From NCBI RefSeq assembly GCF_964355755.1, contig NC_092675.1:30972912-31036911 (forward strand): a DNA stretch of 64,000 nt, in the 5' to 3' direction. The position numbers and the translations under genes were made by a program. Shown here in pieces: positions 13,682 to 25,380 of this stretch. Position 1 is the stretch's first letter. Each line of letters begins with the position of its first letter. A model generated the notes under the pieces. It saw only the letters and a program-made list of their open reading frames with translations. It was not told the origin of the DNA and did not search any database. The DNA is from Antedon mediterranea (taxonomy: Eukaryota > Animalia > Echinodermata).

Positions 13682-16261
13682 TCTTCAATTAATTCACCTG
13701 TGTGAAACCTGTGTTACAATTACCTGTGTTTGTTAACATGGTAGTAGAAAACGTGAAATGTTTCTAGAACATGCATATTGAAACACTATGCCGAATAATT
13801 CAAATAAAGCTCTGTTGATACCAATTCAGAAATCACGTTAGGCACATAATGTTACGCCAGAAATTGATTAAGACTAGTTTTCAAATCAAATCACAAAAGG
13901 TAAGCCGCCCTCAATGCAAACTATCTTACGTGTCTTTCATTCTTCTCGTAGGCCTATGATCAATTCGGTAAATGTTTTGTGTTTTGTAAGTCATGTACAG
14001 GAAGCCCTTTATTATTATTATTATTATTATATTATAGCACCAACGGTATCCTTTTAAAAAATGCATTAACTGCGCATGACGGTTATACAAATACATTTAT
14101 AAAAACATCTCTCTATTTTTCTCCTTAGTAAAGTTTTAAAAGGCTACTTCAACAGTAGGTCTGAAAAGTACCTGTTGTAGGCTATAGAACTCAATAAGTA
14201 AATTTATGAATAATATGCATCATCTTATTGATTATGGAAGGAATTACAGAACATTGCAATCTTATCTTTTTTTAATTTCATCTACGATCCATATTCATAA
14301 CTATTTGAAGAATGTCTAATAATCCGAAGCCTATAATAGTCAAAATGTAATTCTGTCTGTTTGTGAGAATCACGTTGGAAATAACATATTAAATCAGTGT
14401 TTGTAATGAAGGCGATAGAAAAAAAACCACGGCGCATGATTTTCACATTCTAGCACAACTATCGAAATTCGACTCCGCATTTCAATAATCGTAAAGTTGT
14501 ATTATTACTATCAGTAGGAAATTTAATTTACATAATATTTGATTGATATTGGAAGTGTACATTTCAGTGTAAATACAGTAGTTTATTTATCTGGTCCTTT
14601 GTTTTTTAAAGGTTTTTTGGTTCAAATTTTAGAGTCACCTTTGTTTATTTTATGTATACAATCATGTGACAAATGATACCATAAAGTTGGTTACAAGTTA
14701 TGTAGTTATTTTAAGTCAAAAATACCGTTACTGCTATACGGCTATTTTCACACTTGGTTATTTCGTATTTTTTCCATAATTCTTGTATATTAACTCATAT
14801 TAATTCATGAATTGTCGACTATTTTTATTACAAAGTCTTCAATGTATTTCGATTTTATGTATTTCAATTAGTTTTTAATGAATTAGAAATGACGTCACTG
14901 AAGGTTATAAATCGCAATATAATTATATTTATATTATCTTTATTTGTTCAAATGTTTTGCAACTCAATTTCATTTTTAATGCGTTTTTGCACTAATTAAT
15001 CGCACACAGCTAGGATCGGGGGTTTGCAGTGTATATAACATATTTAAAAGATAATACACAGTATTATAGTATCATCATTATTATTTGTATAGAATGAATA
15101 GCTTCACACAATGACTAAAGGTACAGAAAGTATGAAGATTATTGAGTGTATGAGGGTCATTCTGAAACGTTAAATAATAATTTTTCTTTGAATTTGTCAA
15201 ATTTTTAAATCATTTTCTTAATTTTAGTTGCAGATTAAGCATGATTAAAACGACCTTTGTATACCATATCGATCCTTTATACAAAGGGTACATGTTAGGC
15301 TATTGCTTAAATCAATCATGGAGGAGTTCCTTGTCTTTGACAACATATGAATGAACTTCATTTAATTAAAATAATTACACAGTTCAGAACAGTCCCACAA
15401 TCCTACATTGTTAAACGTCTGTTAGCGTTAACGTTCTGTTTATTATCGTCTTCGCCATCGCGTTGTGCGCAATTGAAAATTATATTTGCAAGAATTAAAG
15501 TGACCTGTTGAAAGCACGGGACGAATGGTGCAATAGAATTTCGATTTGAATCTTAGTAATATTATTGTTTTATTTGCACATAATTTATTAATATATTCAT
15601 TTTGTTTTACTGCACGCTTCTTTCTTCCGCGTCCATTATACGAACTTTGGTTCGCGCCATTCATGGTCCTAGTTGCGATGTGATTGTATCAACATTTAAA
15701 CAAGATAATTGATTCGGAATTTAGACGGATGCTAGAGAGGTAGTGAGGAGGGGTCTACTTAACACGTCACATGAATGATTTACTCCTACAAATACATTAT
15801 ATACTCAGAGTACACCGCTTCATCCGCCCAAAGTCATGATTATTCAAAAGTAAACGCTTACAATTTTTCTTTCAGCAAAACCCTTTAAACAAAATTTAAA
15901 GTCAATCTCTTTTAAAATTTGTTTTAAACGAATTTCGTTGAATCTGTTGAAGGAGTTTACCTTTTAACGATATCACGTGGTCATCAAACGGCAGTTAGAA
16001 AAATTATTACCCGGACGAGTGATTGACATTCAGACCAGGACAGCTTGGACATGTAATGCTTGTACGCGTTAATATGTTTATTGCTTAACATTTATTGCCA
16101 ATTTCGTTAGACTAAGTTCACCGTATGCGTGAAGACTGTGAATTTAATAGCGAAACCTCTGTGTTGTGGCTGCCTCTGTTTATTTGCATACATTTGTCGT
16201 GGTTTAGGAATTGAGCATAGATAACCTACCACCTGGATTATGTAAATTAGTTGATTGATGC

Positions 16262-16608
16262 AGGGTACTTGGTATCGATAAGCGTGGTTGGCTGGTGGTT
16301 CACCTTAGGTACTATTACAGTTGTGCCATTGAGACAATTGTTAGTAACCATAATTTGCATGAGATGGATTGTAGATACTGACCTTTGACATGAACCCATC
16401 AATTCAAATTCTTTATTGAATAGTAGGCTAAAACTTTGTCTACACAAAAAAAGGGTACTTGGTATCGATAAGCGTGGTTGGCTGGTGGTTCACCTTAGGT
16501 ACTATTACAGTTGTGCCATTGAGACAATTGTTAGTAACCATAATTTGCATGAGATAGATTGTAGATACTGACCTTTGACATGAACCCATCAATTCAAATT
16601 CTTTATTG
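16262..16608. repeat. ~157-bp direct duplication (period ~189)
   Basis: AGGGTACTTGGTATCGATAAGCG...CTTTATTG occurs at ~16262 and ~16451. Confidence 0.92.
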
Positions 16609-17630
16609 CAACAAAAAAATTACAATAAAACGAGTAAAAACAAAATATGAAAAATACAAATTCTCATTACCACTTTAAAAAGAAATTTTAAACATGTGAA
16701 AAGTTAAAAGTACAAGGAATAAGCACGAGTGAGATGTGCTTTAGGCCTCCTATGCATTTTAAACTGCTCGTGATTTCCGAAACTCATTGAAGAAAATCGA
16801 ATGTTTTATTTACAAGTATATACTTGTACGTGATTATTCATCGAAGTGCCAATAATATTGGAAATATGGAAATAGAGATAAAGTAAATTTCTAATGACGT
16901 CATAGTTAGTTCACATAGAACGAAGAAGTTTTCTACTTTTACGTACTTTTGTGACGCGAAAATTGCGCAACCAGTCGAGTCAGAACTCTGGAATGCTCGA
17001 TTCCACGAATAATGCGTAACCATCGTAATTGAAAGTTAACTTTCTCCTATTCCTTTTTGTGTTTAACAGAATGAGTAGGCGGTCGTACACAACATTCACA
17101 TGTAAATAAACTTCTATTGTATTTGAACGGTTTTACATAATGTTTGTAGGTTGTCGAACTCGACGGTAAAGCTTTGTGGGGAATTTATCGAAGAAGACAG
17201 TGTTTTTTTTTCTTTGAATATTTAATATAGTTGCATTATTTTACCTGCATTAAAACCCTGCTGCTTCAGTTTGCTAAATCATAAATGATCAGTAACGTAT
17301 ATTGAAACTTTGGATGAAACAATGTGACATTTATCGCTATTCTAGAGCTTGCTTGTAATTATTTCTGTGAAATGTAACTAGAATGCATGTGTTCACTGTA
17401 ATCTGGTTACGAAACGTTCTAGTTTTCCAAGTCTAGCAGCAGCACAGACTACTGCAGCTATCCTCAATATTTAGGCCTATTTCAGTCAATCTCTGTTTTT
17501 TTTTTAATGTACCGTTGTTGAAATTGACACTGATATTGCTGTAAACTTGTCATCTATACGCAACGTGCTAATGTCAATTAAACAAACCTCGTCGTTCACT
17601 TTCGTGAAAAAAATAAGTTGAAGAATAATG

Positions 17631-17760
17631 TTTATCGCAAATATCGTACGCGATGCATGCTGGGAAAGAGCAAACGTCACGACGCGTACATACATGATGA
17701 TTTGTTGTTTGTATGTACGCGTCGTGACGTTAGCTCCCAAACACTTCCCATAATGCATTG
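17631..17760. mobile_element. Palindromic element family C copy
   Basis: TTTATCGCAAATA...AACGTCACGACGCGTACATACA..TGTATGTACGCGTCGTGACGTT. Confidence 0.6.
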
Positions 17761-19150
17761 AAATCAACCTTATTAGAATATATACGGCATACAAGGTTCA
17801 AAGTGCTAGGCCTCATGTTTGATTTGAACCAGAAATATAATAATGTCTAAAATTTAATTCTTTTAAAAAATTGAGAACAAACAAATCTCGGGTAAGCTTC
17901 GATGATATTTTATTTGTTTTTTTTTTAAATTATGTTTTTATTATGTAAATACTTCTTACGAGCGCCAATATAATGATATCCATGAGCATATACTTACTTG
18001 CGAACTTTATTACTGGTAGAACTTTAGCCGAAAGTTGTTATTTAGTTTCTCCATCATCAATTTGATTTAATTATAACAAGCATTACACTTGTAATTAGGA
18101 ACTAAGAACACTAGTAGAATGGCAATGTACAGCATTGATTAATTGAAAGTATAATGGACAGTTTGAGAACGATCTTAAATAATGTGTTGGAATTATTGTG
18201 AACTTAGTAAGAATTATGAGATGAAGATCTTGAATTGGCAACAAGAGTAGTAGTATATATATATATATTGCGATAATTAGTTTTTATAATTATTCTTTAA
18301 ATGATATACAAAGATCTTTTTATTCCCAAAGGGCAGAGACACTGAAAATTCACATCCAAGTAATTGAATAAGACGAGTCAGTGCTTCTATTTTTATTACT
18401 AAATTATCTAAAGTGTTTAAATAATATATTATTGATGATCGTGCATATTTGAGATGATCATTGATGACGATGATGATAATGACGGTGATGCGTAACGCGC
18501 GCGTGTATAATGTGATGGTATATCAAGGAGGTTCCTTTTATTTTCTCCATGGATGTACACACTTACCGGAACATTAGCGTGAAGAAAATGTTTTAATTTT
18601 AAATTGTTATCCTTGAATAGTGAATTTCTACTGGTGTATTTGGCACACACCCTTTTAAATTACCTATCCGGTTCCAACTGAATGCGAATGTAGATTGACG
18701 TTAGAATGACGTTCTCTTTAAAATAAAATAGTATTACACGTTGATATTATAAAAATAAAATTATCTTATGTTGAAACAGAGTATACGCTGTTTTACAACC
18801 TGTGGGACCAATACTAGGAAAACCTAGTATTTTGACTTTTATAATTGTGCATTAATTATCTTTAATTTCACATAAAAATGACACTGCATAGATAAATGAC
18901 TTGATGATATCTGTATAAAGATCGTAATTCACGTTTCAATCGATGTTGGAAGCCCATAGTGTGTTACAAATCATTCTTAAACTCAAGTTAAAATGAACAC
19001 AAATTCCTTTAGCGTATCCCGGCGTTCAGTGACAGCAGTCTGATCTGTAATTAATAGTATATTATCTCCTGCTACAGCATACAATCGATTCACATCAAAT
19101 ACTTCATTTTTATACGTCTTCGTCTTACGTACAGTTATCGATACCTCAAC

Positions 19151-19315
19151 TGACCAATCAGCGAGTAGATGTTATTCCTTTATAAGCACATTCCTTGATT
19201 TCTTAGCATTGGTTGTGTATTGATGAGCTCACACTAGGTAACACTAGGAAACACTAAGGTAAGTTACGTTTTATTCATTCAGTGTTTAAGAACACCAATC
19301 ACCCCGACGGTAAGT
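19151..19315 (+). promoter_or_regulatory. Candidate promoter and non-coding first exon of the peptide precursor gene
   Basis: CCAAT in TGACCAATCAG at 19154, TATA-like TTTATAAG at 19179-19186, strong donors AAG|GTAAGT (intron from 19259) and ACG|GTAAGT (from 19310). The precursor ATG lies 10 nt after an acceptor, so an upstream UTR exon is required. Confidence 0.5.
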
Positions 19316-20988
19316 AAATTTTAGTTCAACACTAAGAAATTAATTTAAAGTAATTATTACAATTTTGTAGAATTTAAAAAACAAATATATGTGTTTTGGT
19401 GAAAATACAAAATAATTGTCTTTGTATGCCAAACATTATTTATATTGTTGATATAAAGTTTGCGGTACACCACGTATCTGAGTTTCTCCACGATTCGATC
19501 AATATGCTTTAATCGTCCTCAGGAGTGAGAATGTTTTTATTTATTTATATTATTCATATTCGAAACTAATTACACGTAAAAGTAAATTGTTATGAGAAGT
19601 ATTCTCAGTTTATTAAGCCAAGTGAACTGTGTCCAATTATTGTATATTCTTCAGCTACCGTATATCTTTTTATCAACTATAACACTGCAAAACCTTTACA
19701 AATATGTGTTTGTCAATATATTCAATGTTTATTAGAAAATTAAAACTTTATATTACAAATATGTAAGTAGGCCTACAAGTGAGTAGATAGGTGTAGGTTG
19801 TTGGTTCTAGGACACAATTGCAAAACGATATTTTGAAAGAACCGAATCACTTTCTGACTGACTATGCAGCATTTTCGAATCAAGACTGATTTATTTATAG
19901 ATAGTAAGTTATTAAAGTAGTTCCCTGGTATGTGTATTAAAAAGGGCGGGGAGATGAAGTTCTAACAAGTTATGAGTTTGTTAATTATATGCATATTATT
20001 TTGTTTTATTATGAGGGCCCTTTTCACACTACGACAATATTTAATTGTAGCATTGTTGAATTAAAATAAATACTATTTATAGGACAAGTTTCTAAATACA
20101 TAACGTGTAGAATCTATAGCAGAAAAGGTCATCAACATACAAACAATAAACATGTACACAAAATATAATTACCAGTCATATAATGTTTGCTTTGCTCTGG
20201 AATGAGCATTCAATGAACTAAAAATAGTAATTAATTTCCTTTAAAATCGTTCTTAAATCGAAAGATTACGTCGTTGCAGGTCTCAGTTATAACTGTGTCG
20301 TCACCAGTGGTCATATTCATATCACACTTTAGGAACATTTAAAATCTAAAAATTATCCAATTTAAGTAAAAACACTTCAGTAAAATCCTGAAATAGCCTA
20401 GTTATTGGCTTAATTAAACTATACTTAGAATTTTTAAAGAAAACTTTCTAATGTGTGATCGGTGAATGTACAGTCAGGTTGCCATGTATTTTAGGCCTAC
20501 ATATTGTGCGTTAGGTCAGTTTTTCACTCTTCCCTGGTTAGGAATATTATTCTTGAACTTTGCACGTATTTGGTGGAACGAACTGACAGTTTCCCGAATA
20601 CACTATTGCGCATGATCGGTACGAATGGGTTATTGATAGTAAATCTTTGTGATTAGTTGAGCATTATCAGGTTGCGCCAAATTATGTGGTTGTGATTTCA
20701 TTGCGCATGAGTGATACTGTGCGCGTCGATTAGTAGTTTACGCGATGGTTAGTTTGTGCTTGATTAACTGTGCGTGTATTCGGCAAGCGGTATTAGATGT
20801 CTAATGAGTTCGTATCCAACTGGGAATGTGTTGTAGTCACAATATATGTTTTTATCGTTGATTAATTTGTAAAGATGAAAGATCGTGTAAATTTTGGTAA
20901 TAAGGATATTTCGATTTCCGACAACTTAAGAACAATTAGTTGAGTCTTGTTATTTTATTTTTCGCAGCAGGGGGAAGTTGGGACGTGC

Positions 20989-21146
20989 TCCATACTCTAT
21001 TCCTCAATACATTGTTGGTGGTTTGTAGGTACGTCCAGGCGTATGTCTCCTCCATACTCTATTCCTCAATACATTGTTGGTGGTTTGTAGGTACGTCCAG
21101 GCGTACGTCCAGGCGTATGTCCAGGCGTACGTCCAGGCGTATGTCC
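20989..21146. repeat. ~61-bp duplication plus 12-bp GTCCAGGCGTAY repeats
   Basis: Read directly from sequence. Confidence 0.88.
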
Positions 21147-21326
21147 CCAAATCGTCGGTTTTCGAAAATAGGAAGCTCCCTAATGTCAGAGCACCCTATT
21201 TCCCTAATGTTCAATTTCAACAAATACATACTTGGGCTAAATTATGTTTTATTTTGTAAAAATGTTGTAACTTCCTTGTATCAAGGAGCAACACATTCTA
21301 CTACTTAATTTAATATTTACTCGCTA

Positions 21327-21476
21327 AAGCGTGATTCCCACTAGAGACGCAACGCAATGACGTACGCGTGCAACGCAAACGAGTTGACTAATGACAAGCC
21401 ACTGTTCGAATAATCCATCGCTTGTGATTTGCCAAGCTTTACGTTGCATTACGTCTTTGCGTTGCGTCGCTAGTGA
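21327..21476. mobile_element. MITE family B copy
   Basis: AGCGTGATTCCCACTAGAGACGCAACGCAA...TTGCGTTGCGTCGCTAGTG. Confidence 0.62.
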
Positions 21477-22469
21477 AAAATAATGACATTCTCGGAGGCT
21501 AAGTGAGGATTCTCAGAACACGTTTGCAAATGTCAATTTAAGAACCGCTATTAGACATTCAGGGGTCAATTATTATTAGTCAAAGTTTAACGGCGTAGTT
21601 AACATGTTTAGACTACATAAAATTAAAGAGGACATTTACTCCGAAAATTCCTCTGTACTAGCCACTGACAACCAAACAGAAGTTGTTTAAATGGAAAAGT
21701 TAGAGAAGACATTAAACTATAGGTCTCTTTGAGAGTTGAGATCACTTAACAGTTTTGTAACATTTTTGTGGTGATCAGGCATATCAAAAGAATTAAAAGT
21801 TTATGATGGTCTCTGCTGAACATGAACGAATATCATTAAATGTCGGTCGGCGGCGGTAAATGACATACTAGCGATAATATCAATAGGCCTAAATGCCGCT
21901 CGGTAAATTACATACTAGCCGTAAAATCAGAACTTAAACGACGCATATTATGCTCTGTCAATATCGAATTCAAATCACCAACAATTTCAGAAGTAGAATA
22001 ATTATATTACCGTACTACTAAATAGGCTCAAAATTGATGCACAACTTGTTTTGGGCGCGCGCGCCATAAACTTCGTAGTGTAGGAACCATTAAAGTGACA
22101 TAATAAATGTTTAGTATTAATGAACGCACTCAAAGTCTAAACGATAGAGACGCGCATACCTTTTCACCACCGCTGATATAAATCACATGCATTGCGCTTA
22201 CGTCGTTGCGTTTGAATGCGTTGCGTTGCGTTACCAAGTGGGAATCAAGCTTAATTCATACTCGGAGGACACTATACATAGTATGTTTGTAATGAATTCC
22301 AGGTGAAATCTAACTAAACATTGTATTTAGAGTAAGTGTTTATGTAAATAATTTAAGAAAGGCGGTTGTCAAAAGTGTCCATTTTGATGAGTTGAAAGCT
22401 GAAATACATATACATTGTATTATGAAATATTAAAAAGCGAATGTTAATGAATTGACAAGTAAAATTAAT

Positions 22470-22700
22470 CTTGGTTCACGCTTGGACGCAATGAAATTAC
22501 ATAAACGCAACGTATGGGAGTTAACCAATCACAAATGACAGTTTGAATGATTCATCGCTCGTGATTGGTCAAATTACTTATGCTTGATTTCCATTAGAAA
22601 CGCAACACAAGTACGTAACAGAACGTAAGTGATTTGGTCAGAAGCGGTGGATTATTCGAACTGTCGCTTGTCATTGGTCAACTCGCTTGCGTTGCGTCTA
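22470..22700. mobile_element. Two adjacent degenerate MITE family B copies
   Basis: CTTGGTTCACGCTTGGACGCAA...ACCAATCAC...GTGATTGGTCAA, then CTTGATTTCCATTAGAAACGCAAC...TTGCGTTGCGTCT. Confidence 0.55.
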
Positions 22701-23213
22701 CCAAACGGTTGCGTACCGTATTGACCGAATAAACCGTAACGACAGTTGACTGTAAACCAAACAAGCAATTACCCCAATCACAATTAAACATTGATGAGTA
22801 GGCACACAAATTCAAATTAAATTTGATTAATTTGAGCGGTCAAAATGAGTTGCATATATATTTATTATTTTATGAATGCCAATCATTTCGTGTGAATGGA
22901 CATCTAAAAACCTACCTTCTCAAATTAATTAGTAAACCAATAGTAATTTGATCACATTGGTGGGTTCTTTACTGTGTATGAATATATCCTTCAGCAAATT
23001 TAGTTAGTTAGGCCTAATATTATATTAAGTATTAATATACTGTCATCCAGCAGACAGTCACAGACATTGGGGCTTCCGACTATGAATATTCTATACTGAT
23101 ACTAAACCACACCTGCATTTCGTTCTAAAGACACACCTTAAAGACATACCTTAAAGACACACCTTACTAGTTTTTTGCTCCCTTGGCATTGTATTTATAC
23201 ATTATACTTATTT

Positions 23214-23801
23214 TTATATAGGCCTAAACAATGTTTAAATCATGCAACATACTATGGTCTACGCCTTTATATTGGCCTAAACAATGTTTAAATCATGCAA
23301 CATACTATGGTCTACGCCTTTATATAGGCCTAAACAATGTTTAAATCATGCAACATACTATGGTCTACGCCTTTATATAGGCCTAAACAATGTTTAAATC
23401 ATGCAACATACTATGGTCTACGCCTTTATATAGGCCTAAACAATGTTTAAATCATGCAACATACTATGGTCTACGCCTTTATATAGGCCTAAACAATGTT
23501 TAAATCATGCAACATACTATGGTCTACGCCTTTATATTGGCCTAAACAATGTTTAAATCATGCAACATACTATGGTCTACGCCTTTATATAGGCCTAAAC
23601 AATGTTTAAATCATGCAACATACTATGGTCTACGCCTTTATATAGGCCTAAACAATGTTTAAATCATGCAACATACTATGTTCTACGCCTTTATATTGGC
23701 CTAAACAATGTTTAAATCATGCAACATACTATGGTCTACGCCTTTATATATATAGGCCTAAACAATGTTTAAATCATGCAACATACTATGGTCTACGCCT
23801 T
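23214..23801. repeat. 53-bp tandem repeat x11
   Basis: GGCCTAAACAATGTTTAAATCATGCAACATACTATGGTCTACGCCTTTATATA. Confidence 0.96.
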
Positions 23802-24932
23802 TGTAGTGGCTCGAACTTCAACCTTGGTTTTTTTTTTTAAAGAAGTACTAATTTTAATTGTTATTTCGTTTATGAATATTTAATTAGTTTATTTTCAACA
23901 TTTATTTTCTGTGTAAGATATTTTTGTATTTAGTCGTGTTGAGAATTAAACACTCTCTCGTCATTTCTGTATTCCTAATACAATACTGCTTGCAGTGTAG
24001 ACGAGTGTTTTAGTTTTAATTGAACATTTTTAATTATTTTTTATTTTGTAATAGCTTGTTCACTCAAACAATCTGCAGGGTTAATATAGATATCTATACT
24101 GTCATTAAATAAAGCATAAACTTTAATGAAGCCTGCTATTTGATTAGAATGTGATTAACGTGGATATTGGTTATATGCATTAATTTACGAATTCAGTTTA
24201 TTTTACACTTTTATGGCACTGCTGTGCTAACAAATTGCTCGAGTATCCATAGAGATGCTGAGTTAATTGAACATGTCCAGTCTCAAGCTCAATATTTACA
24301 TAGAGTATGTAACTTCCAACAGCAGTAGTATGGCAAATAATGTTTAATTAATTCTAACATAATCAATTTCATTTCATAATTTATTTGGTCTATTTGAATA
24401 TATACATAACAAACAAAAACTGAAATTGGGGAGACCAGGGTCAACCTAAGTGAACTGAATCACTGTAGCTGAGCCGGTTGACCCAATTATTAGGAACTTA
24501 ATAATAGTAACTTAATATTGAAACATTTCGAAGAATTCTAATCAGTTATTTGTATGTATATCATTCATTGAACATAAAAAATGCCAAATTAATCTAAACC
24601 AATGAAAACGATAGCGTACGTCATGTGACCTTCATTCAACTTGCGAACTGCATTGTTATTGGTCAGAAGTATCATTGAGTTCTATCATTGTGGCTGTACT
24701 ATCACCATGGTTTCAATAGCCTGATAGACACGTACCTGCCAATTTAAACTGTCAAATTGTTAACGTAACGTCTAAAGGTTACACGATGTGATAGTAAAAG
24801 CGTATTTACCAAAATTGGTTTTCAACGTGATGAGAAAATTAAAATCTTGCATGCTAACCTTGTGCGATGAAGAATCAAAGTTAGATTTGTATAATAATTA
24901 TGGCTCTTCACAGCTTGACGTTTTAACAATAT

Positions 24933-25112
24933 GTTGATCGCAAATAGCTTGATTTCGCCATCCCAAGGAACGTCATTGCACAATCCATGATGGGAAGGGT
25001 TTGGGAGCAAACGTAATGACGCGTACGTACAAATAACAAATCATGTACGTACGCGTCGTGACGTTTACTCAAACCCTTCCCATCATGCATCGCGCACGCT
25101 ATTTGCGATAAA
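24933..25112. mobile_element. Palindromic element family C; inverted relative at 17631-17760
   Basis: TTGATCGCAAATAGC...GCTATTTGCGATAAA ends, nested hairpin ATGATGGGAAGGGTTTG...GACGCGTACGTACA..TGTACGTACGCGTC...CAAACCCTTCCCATCAT. Confidence 0.62.
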
Positions 25113-25380
25113 TAGAACGTACCTTAAACATTGTTAATATATCTCTGTTGTACCACTCTCCAACCTGGATCATCAATGTAATATGTTACATATTTAATTT
25201 GCCTAATTTAGTTGTATTACTTAGAATCGGTGACCAAAACTTAAAGTTCACTCACATTGTTTATGTCTGATGAGTGAATAGCTGCTTGATTACTATTATG
25301 TGACCCATCGCATTTACAAGTTGTATTTTCTGCTGACTGACGTTCTTATTCAAATCTTATTCTTTTCTAGACTCTTCAAA

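Noticed and set aside
15443-15664. ORF with ANQSSYNGRGRKKR, superficially like an AN peptide
   Set aside because: No signal peptide, no upstream dibasic site or splice support, single copy; probably chance.
25300-25380. ORF-track N-terminal extension (GTG start) of the precursor
   Set aside because: It is the intron 3' end with a polypyrimidine tract and AG at 25369-25370; the signal peptide starts at ATG 25381.
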